Position numbers and translations under genes: made by a program. Positions 52,045-61,090 of a stretch of 64,000 nucleotides of DNA are shown here, in pieces (within the stretch, counting starts at the first letter, position 1; each line of letters opens with the position of its first letter). The notes under the pieces were generated by a model. That model made no database searches and had not been told where the DNA came from. It saw only the letters and a list, made by a program, of their open reading frames with translations. The stretch comes from Baekduia sp. (GTDB lineage: Bacteria > Actinomycetota > Thermoleophilia > Solirubrobacterales > Solirubrobacteraceae), in the NCBI GenBank assembly GCA_036518975.1, contig DATDMD010000159.1, positions 662 to 64,661 on the forward strand. The letters run 5' to 3'.

Positions 52045-52892
52045 TCCTCGACCTCCGCGGCGGCGCGCGCGAGCAGCGCCCGCGCGCCCATGGACTCCAG
52101 GCGCTCGACGATCAGCCGCGCGCCCTCCTTGGCCGTCACGCTGTCGCGCAGCCACGCGGCGCCGTCGGGCAGGCCGACGAAGGCGTGCAGGGCGACCCCA
52201 TCGTGATGGACGCCGACTGGCGTGTCGCACGTCGCGTCCAGCGCCTCGACGACGTGGCGCTCGGCCAGCAGCGCGGCGTCGGCGGCCTCGTCGACCAGGA
52301 CGTCCGGGATCGCGCGCCCCTCGACCGCCAGCGTGCCCTGGCCGGGCGCCGGCACGAAGACCGACGGGTCGAGCAGCGCGCCGATCTCGTGCTCCAGGCC
52401 CAGCCGGCGCAGGCCGGCTGCCGCCAGGATCAGGGCGTCGCAGTCGCCGTCGCGCAGCTTGCGCAGGCGGGTGTCCACGTTGCCGCGCAGCGCCACCACG
52501 TCGAGATCATCGCGGATCGCGAGCAGCTGCGCCCGGCGTCGCAGCGACGCCGTCCCGACGCGCGCGCCGCTCGGCAGCTCCTCCAGCGACGGCGCGCCGA
52601 CCAGCGCGTCGCGCGCGTCCTCGCGGCCCAGCACAGCGGCCAGCTTCATCCCCGGCCGCAGCAGCGAGGCGGCCGGCACGTCCTTGGCCGAGTGCACCGC
52701 CAGGTCGATGTCCCCGCGCTCCAGCGCGTCCTCGATCGTGTCGATCCAGCGCGCCTTGTCGCCGGCGATGCCGCGGTCGCCGCTGGTCGTGATCTCGACG
52801 ATCTCGGCGTCCGTCCCCGCGGCCCGCAGCGCGTCGGCGACCGCGTTGGCCTGGACGAGCGCCAGGCGGCTGCCGCGCGTTCCGAGCCTCAC
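52041..52892 (-). CDS. hemC: Hydroxymethylbilane synthase
   Basis: GTRGSRLALVQA, AVHSAKD, GTASLRR, RGNVDTRL, PAPGQG, cofactor Cys in ATCDTP. Confidence 0.95.
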   Translation of the reverse strand: MRLGTRGSRLALVQANAVADALRAAGTDAEIVEITTSGDRGIAGDKARWIDTIEDALERGDIDLAVHSAKDVPAASLLRPGMKLAAVLGREDARDALVGAPSLEELPSGARVGTASLRRRAQLLAIRDDLDVVALRGNVDTRLRKLRDGDCDALILAAAGLRRLGLEHEIGALLDPSVFVPAPGQGTLAVEGRAIPDVLVDEAADAALLAERHVVEALDATCDTPVGVHHDGVALHAFVGLPDGAAWLRDSVTAKEGARLIVERLESMGARALLARAAAEVEE

Positions 52893-54253
52893 CGCGTGGG
52901 ACCGGCGCCCCGGCGTCGCAGCGGGCGGACCTCGGCCTCGGCGGCCGCGTCGTCGCCCTCCTCCGCCGGCGCCTCGGGCAGGCCCTCGTCGAGCCCGAAG
53001 AGCTCGCGGGCGATCTGGAGGCGGCCGTGGCTGACGTCGCGGTCCACGGACTTCAGGCGGATCGTCGGCTCGTGCAGCAGGCGCTGCATGACCGACTTGG
53101 CGAGCGCCTCGATGCGGGCGCGGTCGCGCGGCGACGCGCTCTCCCAGCGGCCGGCGTTCTCGGCGAGCACCTGCTCGACGATCGCGTCGCCGTGCTCGCG
53201 CAGCGCGCTGATCGTCGGCACGACGTCGAGCTGGCCCATCCAGCGCGCGAAGCGCTGGATCTCGTCCTCGACGACCTGCTCGGCGTGGACGCTCTCGCCC
53301 GCGCGGACCGAGCGGTTGCGCGCGACGACCGACTGCAGGTCGTCGATGTCATACAGGTTGACGCCGTCCAGCTCGCCGCACGCGGGGTCGATGTCGCGCG
53401 GGACCGCGATGTCGATCAGCAGCAGCGGCGCGCCGGCGCGCTCGCGCATGACGACGGCCAGCTCGTCGACCCCGATGATCGGGTGCGGCGAGGCGGTGCT
53501 CGAGACGACGATGTCGGCCTCGATCAGGCGGTCGGGCAGGTCCGACAGGGAGGAGACGGTGCCGCTGAAGCGCTCGGCGATCGAGCGCGCGCGGTCGGCG
53601 TGGCGGTTGGCGACGAAGATCGTCCGGACGCCCTGGGCGGCCAGCGCCCGCGCGGTCAGCTCGGCCGTCTCGCCGGCGCCGATGATCACGACGTCGCGCT
53701 TGTCCAGCTCCGGGCCCATCAGCTCGCGCGCCAGGCCGACGGCGACCGAGGACACCGACGCGTGGCCCGCGCCGATCTCGGTCTCCGAGCGCACGCGCTT
53801 GCCGGTCTGCAGCGCGGCTGTGAAGAGGCGGTTGGTCAGCGGCCCGGTCGTCCCGGCCTCCAGCGCGGCCTCGTAGGCGCGCTTGGCCTGGCCCTGGATC
53901 TCGGCCTCGCCGACGATCATCGACTCCAGGCCCGAGACGACGCGGTACAGCTGGCGCGCCGCGTCGCAGTTGCGCGGGGCGTACATGGCGTCGGTCAGCT
54001 CGGTCGGGCGCGTCCCGGCCCTCGCCGCCAGCCGCGACAGCAGCTCGGTCTCGGCCGCGATCGGGTCGCCGACGAGGTAGACCTCGGTCCGGTTGCACGT
54101 CGAGATCGCGACGGCCTCGCGGACGGCGCCGGTCTCGGTCAGCTCGCGGCACAGGTCCTGCGCCTCGCGCGTGGTCAGCGCCAGGCGCTCGCGGACCGCG
54201 ACCGGCGCGGTCTTGTGCGAGATGCCGAGGCACAGGAGCTCGCCGCCGCTCAT
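52889..54253 (-). CDS. hemA: Glutamyl-tRNA reductase
   Basis: GISHKTAPV..RERLA, STCNRTE, GLESMIVGEAEIQGQ, IGAGE, DIAVPRD. Confidence 0.97.
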   Translation of the reverse strand: MSGGELLCLGISHKTAPVAVRERLALTTREAQDLCRELTETGAVREAVAISTCNRTEVYLVGDPIAAETELLSRLAARAGTRPTELTDAMYAPRNCDAARQLYRVVSGLESMIVGEAEIQGQAKRAYEAALEAGTTGPLTNRLFTAALQTGKRVRSETEIGAGHASVSSVAVGLARELMGPELDKRDVVIIGAGETAELTARALAAQGVRTIFVANRHADRARSIAERFSGTVSSLSDLPDRLIEADIVVSSTASPHPIIGVDELAVVMRERAGAPLLLIDIAVPRDIDPACGELDGVNLYDIDDLQSVVARNRSVRAGESVHAEQVVEDEIQRFARWMGQLDVVPTISALREHGDAIVEQVLAENAGRWESASPRDRARIEALAKSVMQRLLHEPTIRLKSVDRDVSHGRLQIARELFGLDEGLPEAPAEEGDDAAAEAEVRPLRRRGAGPTR

Positions 54254-54459
54254 GCGACCGTCTCCTCGCGCTCGCGGGCGTCGTCCTCGGCGGCGAACCG
54301 GCGGTCGACCAGGTCGCTGATCTCGGCGACGTCGCGCTGCACGTTGGCCAACTTGTAGGCCATGATCCCCACGTAGATCACCAGCAGCGCGACGAAGACC
54401 AGGTAGGCCGCGGCGACGTAGCCGGCGTTGTCGGGGAGGACGGTCGAGGCGAGGATCAT
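54250..54459 (-). CDS. ccmD: Heme exporter protein D-like small membrane protein
   Basis: 69 aa, GYVAAAY TM followed by a charged tail, directly after ccmC. Confidence 0.75.
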   Translation of the reverse strand: MILASTVLPDNAGYVAAAYLVFVALLVIYVGIMAYKLANVQRDVAEISDLVDRRFAAEDDAREREETVA

Positions 54460-55184
54460 CGGACCTGCAGTTCTGGAGCGGCGGACCGGCGGGCGCGGAC
54501 GCCGTCTTCGCCGGCGAGCTTGCGCTTGAGCGCGCGCAGCTGGGCGACGGTCGTCTTGTGCGCGATCTCGTACTGCCACAGCAGCACGTAGAGCAGCGTC
54601 ATGCCGGCGAGGCAGACCAGGAAGGCGACAGCCATCTTCCCGGGCAGGTTGTCGGCGGAGCTGAGCGTGCGGGGATGCACGAGCGAGGTGGCCGCGCGGA
54701 CGGCCATGAAGTTCAGCGGCACGAAGGCGCCGGCGGTGATCGCGAACACCGACGCGTACCGGGCCTGCTTCTCGCGGTCCTCGATCGAGAACCGCAGCGG
54801 CGTGTAGGTCGCGTAGAGCAGGAAGATGATCAGGAACGAGACCAGCGTCGGCTCGTCCCACACCCAGTAGTGGCCCCACGACGCCTTGGCCCAGATCGCG
54901 CCCGTCAGCAGGACGCCGAGGCCGAGGATGATCGAGACGTGGATCGCGACGTAGGAGCGCAGGTCCCACTTCGCGTCGCCGGTGCGCAGGTGGCCGATCG
55001 CGCACAGGCCGCCGAACACGAACCCGCACAGGGCGACGATCGCCAGCGGCACGTGCAGGTAGAAGACCTTCTGGATGAAGCCCTGGTCGGCGTCCATCGG
55101 GGCGTAGAACGCGGCCAGCCCGTAACCGGCGATCAGGGTGATCACGGTCGCGACGGACAGCGTGCGAAGACGGGGGCCAGACAT
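54456..55184 (-). CDS. ccmC: Cytochrome c maturation heme exporter C
   Basis: YLHVP His, WWD motif WAKASWGHYWVWDEP, LVHP His. Confidence 0.92.
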   Translation of the reverse strand: MSGPRLRTLSVATVITLIAGYGLAAFYAPMDADQGFIQKVFYLHVPLAIVALCGFVFGGLCAIGHLRTGDAKWDLRSYVAIHVSIILGLGVLLTGAIWAKASWGHYWVWDEPTLVSFLIIFLLYATYTPLRFSIEDREKQARYASVFAITAGAFVPLNFMAVRAATSLVHPRTLSSADNLPGKMAVAFLVCLAGMTLLYVLLWQYEIAHKTTVAQLRALKRKLAGEDGVRARRSAAPELQVR

Positions 55185-55197
55185 CGTTCTGACGGAC

Positions 55198-55875
55198 TCA
55201 GTCCTCGAGGAGGAAGTCGAAGACGGCGTAGGCGAGGAGCCCGAAGACCAGATCATAGAGGCCGAGGATGGTCAGCCAGTTTCCCGGCAGCGCCTGGGCC
55301 CCCGCGAGGGCGAACGTAGGGGTGAGGAGCTTGGCGGTCCCGATGACCACTGGGAGCAGCAGCGGCAGGGCGATCAGGGGCACGATCAGGTCGCGCGCGC
55401 GGGTCTGGATGGCCAGCGCGCCGACGAGCGTCCCGACGATCGCGATGGCGACGTCGGCCAGCGCGAGCGTCAGCAGCGTCTGCGTCAGGGCGCGGCCGGT
55501 GAGGTTCGGGTCCAGCAGCATGAACGCGAACGCGGGGACCGCGACGACCTCCAGCAGGATCAGGAACGACAGCAGCGCCAGCGCCTTGGCGACGAGCATC
55601 GCGGTCCGGTCGACGGGCGCGAGCAGGAAGCCGTCGAAGCCGCCCTCCTCGTGGTCGGCGACGAACAGGCGGTTGATGCCGAGGATCGCGCTGAAGAGGA
55701 CGGTGATCGTCAGGACGCCGCCGGCGAGCGCGCCGTCGACGGCGTTCCGCTGCAGGGAGAAGTGGAAGACGACGAGCGTCGTGACCGAGAACAGGGCCAT
55801 CGCGGGGACGACCTGGAACGTGCGCAGCTCGAGGCGCAGCTCCTTGGCGAGCAGGGCCGACACAGCGCGCCACAT
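55198..55875 (-). CDS. ccmB: Heme exporter permease B
   Basis: KELRLELR, F..DHEEG..DG, PLLLPVVI; about 6 TMs. Confidence 0.9.
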   Translation of the reverse strand: MWRAVSALLAKELRLELRTFQVVPAMALFSVTTLVVFHFSLQRNAVDGALAGGVLTITVLFSAILGINRLFVADHEEGGFDGFLLAPVDRTAMLVAKALALLSFLILLEVVAVPAFAFMLLDPNLTGRALTQTLLTLALADVAIAIVGTLVGALAIQTRARDLIVPLIALPLLLPVVIGTAKLLTPTFALAGAQALPGNWLTILGLYDLVFGLLAYAVFDFLLED

Positions 55876-56561
55876 CAGGCGTACAGAGCCCCGATCTGGG
55901 CGGACGTCACGTCGCGGGCGGGCGCCAGCAGCTCCTGGCGGCCGCCGCGGAGGCCGAGGGCGAGGTCGGCGTCGCGCAGTCCGCCGACGGGGTCGTGGCT
56001 GGTGACGACGCGGGTGCGTCCGCTGCTTGGGCCGATCAGCGGGTCGACCAGCTCGGCGGCGTGGGGGTCGAGGTTGGCGGTCGGCTCGTCGAGCAGCAGC
56101 AGCTCGGGGTCGTGCAGGACCGCGCGGGCGACCGCGGCGCGCTGGACCATCCCGCGCGAGTAGGTGTGCACGGGGTCGTCGGCGCGCGCCAGCAGGCCGA
56201 CGCGGTCGAGCAGCTCGTCGACGCGGGACGCCGGCGCGCCGTGCAGCTTGGCGTGGAAGCGCAGGTTCTCGCGCGCGGTGAGGTCGCGATACAGCAGCGA
56301 GGCGTGGCCGAGGAAGCCGACACGGCCACGCACCGCCCAGCCGGCGTCCGGCAGGTCGTGGCCGAGGACGCGCGCGGCGCCGCCGTGTGGCCTGAGGAGC
56401 GTGGCGAGGACGCGGAGCAGCGTCGTCTTGCCGGCGCCGTTGGGGCCGAAGACGACGAGCGTCGCCCCGACGTCCAGGGTCAGCGTGACGTCGCTGAGGG
56501 CCTCGCGGTCGCCGTAGCGGCGCGTGAGGCCGGCGAGCTCAATGGCTGGGTCGGTCCCCAT
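55875..56561 (-). CDS. ccmA: Heme exporter ATP-binding protein A
   Basis: GPNGAGKTT, LGHASLLY.DLTARENL, YSRGMVQR, LLDEP; adjacent to ccmB. Confidence 0.9.
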   Translation of the reverse strand: MGTDPAIELAGLTRRYGDREALSDVTLTLDVGATLVVFGPNGAGKTTLLRVLATLLRPHGGAARVLGHDLPDAGWAVRGRVGFLGHASLLYRDLTARENLRFHAKLHGAPASRVDELLDRVGLLARADDPVHTYSRGMVQRAAVARAVLHDPELLLLDEPTANLDPHAAELVDPLIGPSSGRTRVVTSHDPVGGLRDADLALGLRGGRQELLAPARDVTSAQIGALYA

Positions 56562-57024
56562 GTTCGCGCTGGAGCGTACGGACTGCGTGCTCCAGCACCG
56601 GCGCGAGGACCGGGAACAGCTCCCGGACGGCCTTGGGGCTGCCGGGGAAGTTGACGATCAGCGTGCGGTGCGCGATCCCGGCCACGCCGCGCGACAGCAT
56701 GCCCATCGGCGTGTGCCGGGCCGACTCGGCGCGCAGGGCCTCCGCGATCCCGGGCGCGTCGCGCTCGATCACCGAGCGGGTGGCCTCGGGCGTGATGTCG
56801 TCGGGCGTGAAGCCGGTGCCGCCGGTCGTGAAGATCAGCGCGAAGCCGTCGTCGACGTAGTGGTGCAGCCGGTCCTCGATGAGGCTGAAGTCGTCGGGGA
56901 CGACCTCCATCGCCTCGACGTCGGCGCCGGCCTCCTCGGCCAGGTGGGCGAGCAGCGGCCCGGACTCGTCCTCGTTGAGGCGGCGCGAGACGGACGTCGA
57001 CACGGTGAGCACGCAGGTGCGCAT
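56539..57024 (-). CDS. Molybdopterin adenylyltransferase (MogA/MoaB family)
   Basis: VLTVS, TTGGTG..PDDITPEAT, SRGVAG, NFPGSPKAV. Confidence 0.92.
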   Translation of the reverse strand: MRTCVLTVSTSVSRRLNEDESGPLLAHLAEEAGADVEAMEVVPDDFSLIEDRLHHYVDDGFALIFTTGGTGFTPDDITPEATRSVIERDAPGIAEALRAESARHTPMGMLSRGVAGIAHRTLIVNFPGSPKAVRELFPVLAPVLEHAVRTLQREHGDRPSH

Positions 57025-57046
57025 GGACGCTGCGGAGCGTAGTTGC

Positions 57047-57832
57047 TCAGCGCGCGAGGCTGGTGATGCGAGGGCGCCCAACGCGCCAGAGGGCGTCGAG
57101 GGCGAGCGCGCCGACCACCGGGAGCGTCGCCGGATACGCGGTCGGCCCGGCCAGCAGCGCCGCCTCGGCGAGGAAGAGCACGAGCGTGAGGAAGCCGACG
57201 CGCGAGGCGCCGCCGGGGCTGCGCGCGGCGATCGCGCCGGCGATGCCCGCGATCGCGAGGTCGCCGTAGCCCATGTGCACGGAGCCGACGACGGCCTCGC
57301 CGAACGACGGCAGGTGCCCGACGCGGACGGAGTCCAGCGCGTTGGCGGCCGCGCCGACCGGGCCGAGGGCGACGAGGATCACGTCCGCGACCGCCAGCGT
57401 GGCGGCGCCGGCGGCGAGCGCGAGCGGATGGCCGAGGCGCGGGACGTGCGAGCCGATCGCCACGCAGGAGAGGACCAGCAGCGCGAGCGTCGCCACCTGG
57501 CCGACGAGGTCGTTGGAGAACGCGAGCGCCACGACGAGGAGCGCGGTGACGATCGCCGGCCACGCGCGGCGGGCGAGGCCCTTGGTGGCGATCGCGGCGA
57601 GCGCCGGCACGCCGACGGTTGCGATCTGCAGCACGAGGCGGGCGGCGTCCGGATGGCGGGCGAGCAGCGCGACCATCGCGACGAAGATCGCCGGCGGCGC
57701 GAGCAGCGCCAGCACCCACCGCGGCCTGACGGCGTGGGACGAGGCTGAGGACGAGCGGGACCGCGCACGGGCCACCGCGGCGGCCGGGCCAGAGCCGCAC
57801 AGGGTCACCGTGAGCCCCTGCGCGGTGGCCAT
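57047..57832 (-). CDS. Polytopic membrane protein with GxGD aspartyl-protease-like motifs
   Basis: About 8 TMs; LAVADVILV, HMGYGDLAIAG, YPATLPV; start uncertain. Confidence 0.6.
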   Translation of the reverse strand: MATAQGLTVTLCGSGPAAAVARARSRSSSASSHAVRPRWVLALLAPPAIFVAMVALLARHPDAARLVLQIATVGVPALAAIATKGLARRAWPAIVTALLVVALAFSNDLVGQVATLALLVLSCVAIGSHVPRLGHPLALAAGAATLAVADVILVALGPVGAAANALDSVRVGHLPSFGEAVVGSVHMGYGDLAIAGIAGAIAARSPGGASRVGFLTLVLFLAEAALLAGPTAYPATLPVVGALALDALWRVGRPRITSLAR

Positions 57833-57930
57833 CGTGGCGCACGCTGGGACATCGACGCCGTGGAAGAGCACGCATCACGGGTACCCCACGAACCTCCGGG
57901 ATCCTCAAACGTCGTGGGTATGGCGCCCGG

Positions 57931-58425
57931 TCAGGCGATGGTTCTGTGCCAGGGGCCTGACCGACCACCCGACTTCTCGAGCAGGACGACCTCCTCGATC
58001 GCGACGCCCCGTTCGACGCCCTTGACCATGTCGTAGACGGTCAGCGCGGCGACCGCGGCGGCGGTCATGGCCTCCATCTCGACGCCGGTGCGGGCGGTGA
58101 CGGAGGCGGTGGCGGTGAGGGTGACGAGACCTTGCGCTTGGTCCACGGCCGTCTCGACGTCGACGTGGTCGAGGCCGATGGGGTGGCAGAGCGGGATGAG
58201 GTCGCCGGTCTTCTTGGCGGCCATGACGCCGGCGAGGCGGGCGGTGGCGAGGACATCGCCCTTGGGGGCGCCGTTGCTGGCGACGAGGGCGGCGGTCTGC
58301 GGGGTCATCCGGACGCTGGCGCGGGCGACGGCACGGCGCTGCGTGACGGCCTTCTCGCCGACGTCGACCATGCGCGCGTCGCCGTGGTCGTCTAGGTGGG
58401 TGAGGCGGGGCGGGTCGCTGCTCAT
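57931..58425 (-). CDS. moaC: Cyclic pyranopterin monophosphate synthase
   Basis: LTHLD..G.ARMVDV, KGDVL, LIPLCHP, TGVEMEA, YDMVK, KSGG. Confidence 0.97.
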   Translation of the reverse strand: MSSDPPRLTHLDDHGDARMVDVGEKAVTQRRAVARASVRMTPQTAALVASNGAPKGDVLATARLAGVMAAKKTGDLIPLCHPIGLDHVDVETAVDQAQGLVTLTATASVTARTGVEMEAMTAAAVAALTVYDMVKGVERGVAIEEVVLLEKSGGRSGPWHRTIA

Positions 58426-58477
58426 CGCGCCGCCGACTCTAGGGGCTTGCCGTGAGGTTGGGGCGGGTCGACGGCGC

Positions 58478-58894
58478 TTGTTGGCGGGCAGCGCAGGCGT
58501 TGGTCGTGCCGCGACGCGTGGTCTGCTCGGCATCTAGGGCGTGAGGCAGTTGGGTGGCTCTCCACGCTGTCGGCGTGGCTCGTCGCTTGGGTGCTTCCGG
58601 GCGAGTCGGGGCCGGATCGCCAGGGCGGCGAGGGTCAACGGTGTTCTTGGGTTCGTATAGGACCCAAATCCACCGTTGACCTCCGTGCGGGCGGGTCATT
58701 CGTATCCAGTGGCCCATAGAGGGCTACGCGCTACGAACGACCTCGCGCCGTCCCGCGATCCTTCCCGAAACCCCCGCCCCAGGGCGGCCGAAGCACACCG
58801 ACAGCGCGGAGCAGCACCGCTACGGCCTCACGCCCTAGGTGCCAAGCAGGCCACGCCACGCAGCACGACCAACACCTGCGCTGCCGGCCAACAA
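58478..58894. repeat. Intergenic element with ~100-bp imperfect terminal inverted repeats enclosing two hairpins (MITE/REPIN-like)
   Basis: The reverse complement of 58478-58580 aligns to 58792-58894 (GCCTCACGCCCTAG..TGCC..GCACGACCAAC.CCTGCGCTGCC.GCCAACAA); internal hairpins at 58633-58681 and 58694-58742. Confidence 0.85.
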
Positions 58895-58912
58895 CGCCGG
58901 CGCCAAGACGCT

Positions 58913-59662
58913 CTACGCCGCGGCCTCCTCCGCGTGCTGCGCCCGCGCCTTCGCGATCAGCTCCAGCACCGCTGCCTCGTCCCCCGCTCGCAGCAGCGCG
59001 ATCGGATCCGGCGTCCCGTTCACGATCGTCTCGAAGAACTCCTTGCGATCCTGGTACGTCGGCAGCGTCCCCTTCGCCCATCCGCGCACGTCGTTGAGCA
59101 TCACGGCCAGCCGTGCGTACTCCTCGCCGAACTGGGCGCCGATCTCCGCCTTCATGCGCTTCGCCAGCGCGGGCGACGCGCCGGCGGTCGAGATCGCGAT
59201 CGCCAGTGGTCCGGTGCGCAGGATCGCTGGCAGGATGAAGTTGCACAGCGGCGGCACGTCGACGATGTTCACCAACATCGCCCGGCGCTCGGCGTCCTCG
59301 TAGATCCGGATGTTCGTGTCGGTGTCGTCGGTGCAGGCGATCACCATGAAGACGCCCTCGAGGTCCTCGGCACCGGCGTACTCGCGGCGCTCCCAGACGA
59401 TCGAGCCCTCGGCCGCCAGCTCGGCGACGCCGTCGACGACCTCGGGCGCAACAACCGTCACGTCGCCGTCGCACGCCAGCAGCCCCTCGACCTTCTCCAG
59501 GCCGATGTCGCCGCCGCCGATGACGACCGTCTTGCGCCCCCGGAGCTTGAGGCAGGCGATGTAGAAGGGCGTGTCCAGCATGTCCCGCACGCAGGTCTGG
59601 TCGCAGACCCCGCGCTTGAACTGGCAGACGCACTCCTTCCCTTCATAGGCGGCGGCAGGCAT
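58913..59662 (-). CDS. Precorrin-2 dehydrogenase / sirohydrochlorin ferrochelatase (SirC/Met8p, CysG-B-like)
   Basis: [42 protein letters not shown]; Cys-rich N-terminal extension. Confidence 0.92.
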   Translation of the reverse strand: MPAAAYEGKECVCQFKRGVCDQTCVRDMLDTPFYIACLKLRGRKTVVIGGGDIGLEKVEGLLACDGDVTVVAPEVVDGVAELAAEGSIVWERREYAGAEDLEGVFMVIACTDDTDTNIRIYEDAERRAMLVNIVDVPPLCNFILPAILRTGPLAIAISTAGASPALAKRMKAEIGAQFGEEYARLAVMLNDVRGWAKGTLPTYQDRKEFFETIVNGTPDPIALLRAGDEAAVLELIAKARAQHAEEAAA

Positions 59663-59705
59663 CTCCCACAGAGTAGACGCCGTACCGTCTAAGAGACCGC
59701 GCACC

Positions 59706-60521
59706 GTGACCCCGACCACGCCCACCTACTTCGACGACGACTCGCTCCTGCGCCGCGTCCACCGCGAGAAGGTCGTCGGCCTGTCCGGCCCCCGCGCGCT
59801 GCTGATGATGGCCGCGCATCCCGTCGCGTTCGAGGGCTTCTTCATGGCGACCGGCGCGCTCGACGACCCCTACCTGCGCCTGCGCCGCACCGCCGACGTG
59901 TTGGACGCGATCGCGTGGGGCCCGCGCGCCGACGCCGATCGGAAGACCCGGCGCGTCCGGGCGATGCACGCACGTGCCCGCGGCGTCCTGCCGCGCGACG
60001 CCGGCCCGTTCCCGGCCGGAACGCCCTGGGCCGCCGACGACCCGGACCTCCTCCTGTGGATCGTCGCGTGCCTCGTCGACTCCGCCGTCCTGGTCTACGA
60101 GCGCTACGTCACCCGCCTGGACCCAGACGAGCGCGACGCCTACTGGCGCGACTACCGCGTCGTCGGCCGGCTGTTCGGCCTCCGCGACGCCGACATGCCC
60201 GGCACCTGGGCCGACTTCAACACGTACATGAAGTCCGTGCTCGGCTCCGGCGACCTCCACGTCACGCCGACGGCGCGCGCCGTCGGCATCGAGGTCGTCC
60301 TGCGCCCGCCCGTCCCGCTGAAGGTGCGCCCGCTCGTCGAGCTCGCCAACTTCATCACGGTCGGCCTGCTCCCCGGCGCCGTCCGCCGCGGCTACGGCTT
60401 CTCGTGGGACCCGGCCCGCGCGATCGTCCTGCGCGGCGGCGCCGAGTACGCCAAGCGCGTCCTCGTCCCGCTCATGCCGCGCGGCTGGCGCTACGTCCCC
60501 AGCTCCGGCGTCGCCGCCTGA
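59706..60521 (+). CDS. MpaB/Lcp-like oxygenase family (DUF2236)
   Basis: [36 protein letters not shown]...MP.TW.DF..Y. Confidence 0.85.
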   Translation: MTPTTPTYFDDDSLLRRVHREKVVGLSGPRALLMMAAHPVAFEGFFMATGALDDPYLRLRRTADVLDAIAWGPRADADRKTRRVRAMHARARGVLPRDAGPFPAGTPWAADDPDLLLWIVACLVDSAVLVYERYVTRLDPDERDAYWRDYRVVGRLFGLRDADMPGTWADFNTYMKSVLGSGDLHVTPTARAVGIEVVLRPPVPLKVRPLVELANFITVGLLPGAVRRGYGFSWDPARAIVLRGGAEYAKRVLVPLMPRGWRYVPSSGVAA

Positions 60522-61072
60522 GCCCCCGGCGCCCACTGCATGAGCAGCAGCGCCCGCGTGCCCGCCCGCGCCTCGTAGAGATGCGGCTCGTCGGCGGCGA
60601 ACGTCGCGTAGTCGCCGCCCGACAGGCCGACCTCGCGCCCCAGCGGCCCGACCTTCAGACCGCCGCGCGTGACGATGACGTGCTCGCGCGTGCCCGGACC
60701 GTGGCCGCCGGCGTTGCGCGTCGAGCGCCTCGGCCACTGCGCCTCGTAGACCTCGACCGTCCCGCCCGGCGTGAATCGCGCGATCAGCCGCAGGTCGTTC
60801 GCCGTGCCCGGGATGCTGGTGCCGCCGTCGCTGCGCACGACCGTGACCGGCGCCGGGTCGGCGGGCGTGATGAGGTCGCCCATCGGGAGCTGCAGCGCGG
60901 CGGCCACCGCGCTGAGCGTCTCCAGCGTCGGGTTCCCCCGCCCGCCCTCCAGCGCGCTCAGCGTGGCCTTCGCGACCCCGGAGGTGCGGGCGAGGTCGGA
61001 CAGCGACAGGCCGCGCTCGGCGCGCAGCCCCTTCAGGTTGGTCCCGACGACCTTGACGATCTCGTTCGGCAT
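60491..61072 (-). CDS. XRE-family HTH plus cupin transcriptional regulator
   Basis: LRAERGLSLSDLARTSGVAKATLSALEGGRGNPTLETL; cupin GH.PG.REH..F.AD.PH.Y; divergent from azlCD. Confidence 0.92.
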   Translation of the reverse strand: MPNEIVKVVGTNLKGLRAERGLSLSDLARTSGVAKATLSALEGGRGNPTLETLSAVAAALQLPMGDLITPADPAPVTVVRSDGGTSIPGTANDLRLIARFTPGGTVEVYEAQWPRRSTRNAGGHGPGTREHVIVTRGGLKVGPLGREVGLSGGDYATFAADEPHLYEARAGTRALLLMQWAPGAQAATPELGT

Positions 61073-61090
61073 AGCGAACATGGCATGCTA

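Noticed and set aside
58439-58717. 92-aa minus-strand ORF inside the moaC-sirC spacer
   Set aside because: Lies within the inverted-repeat element, with atypical codons and no motif
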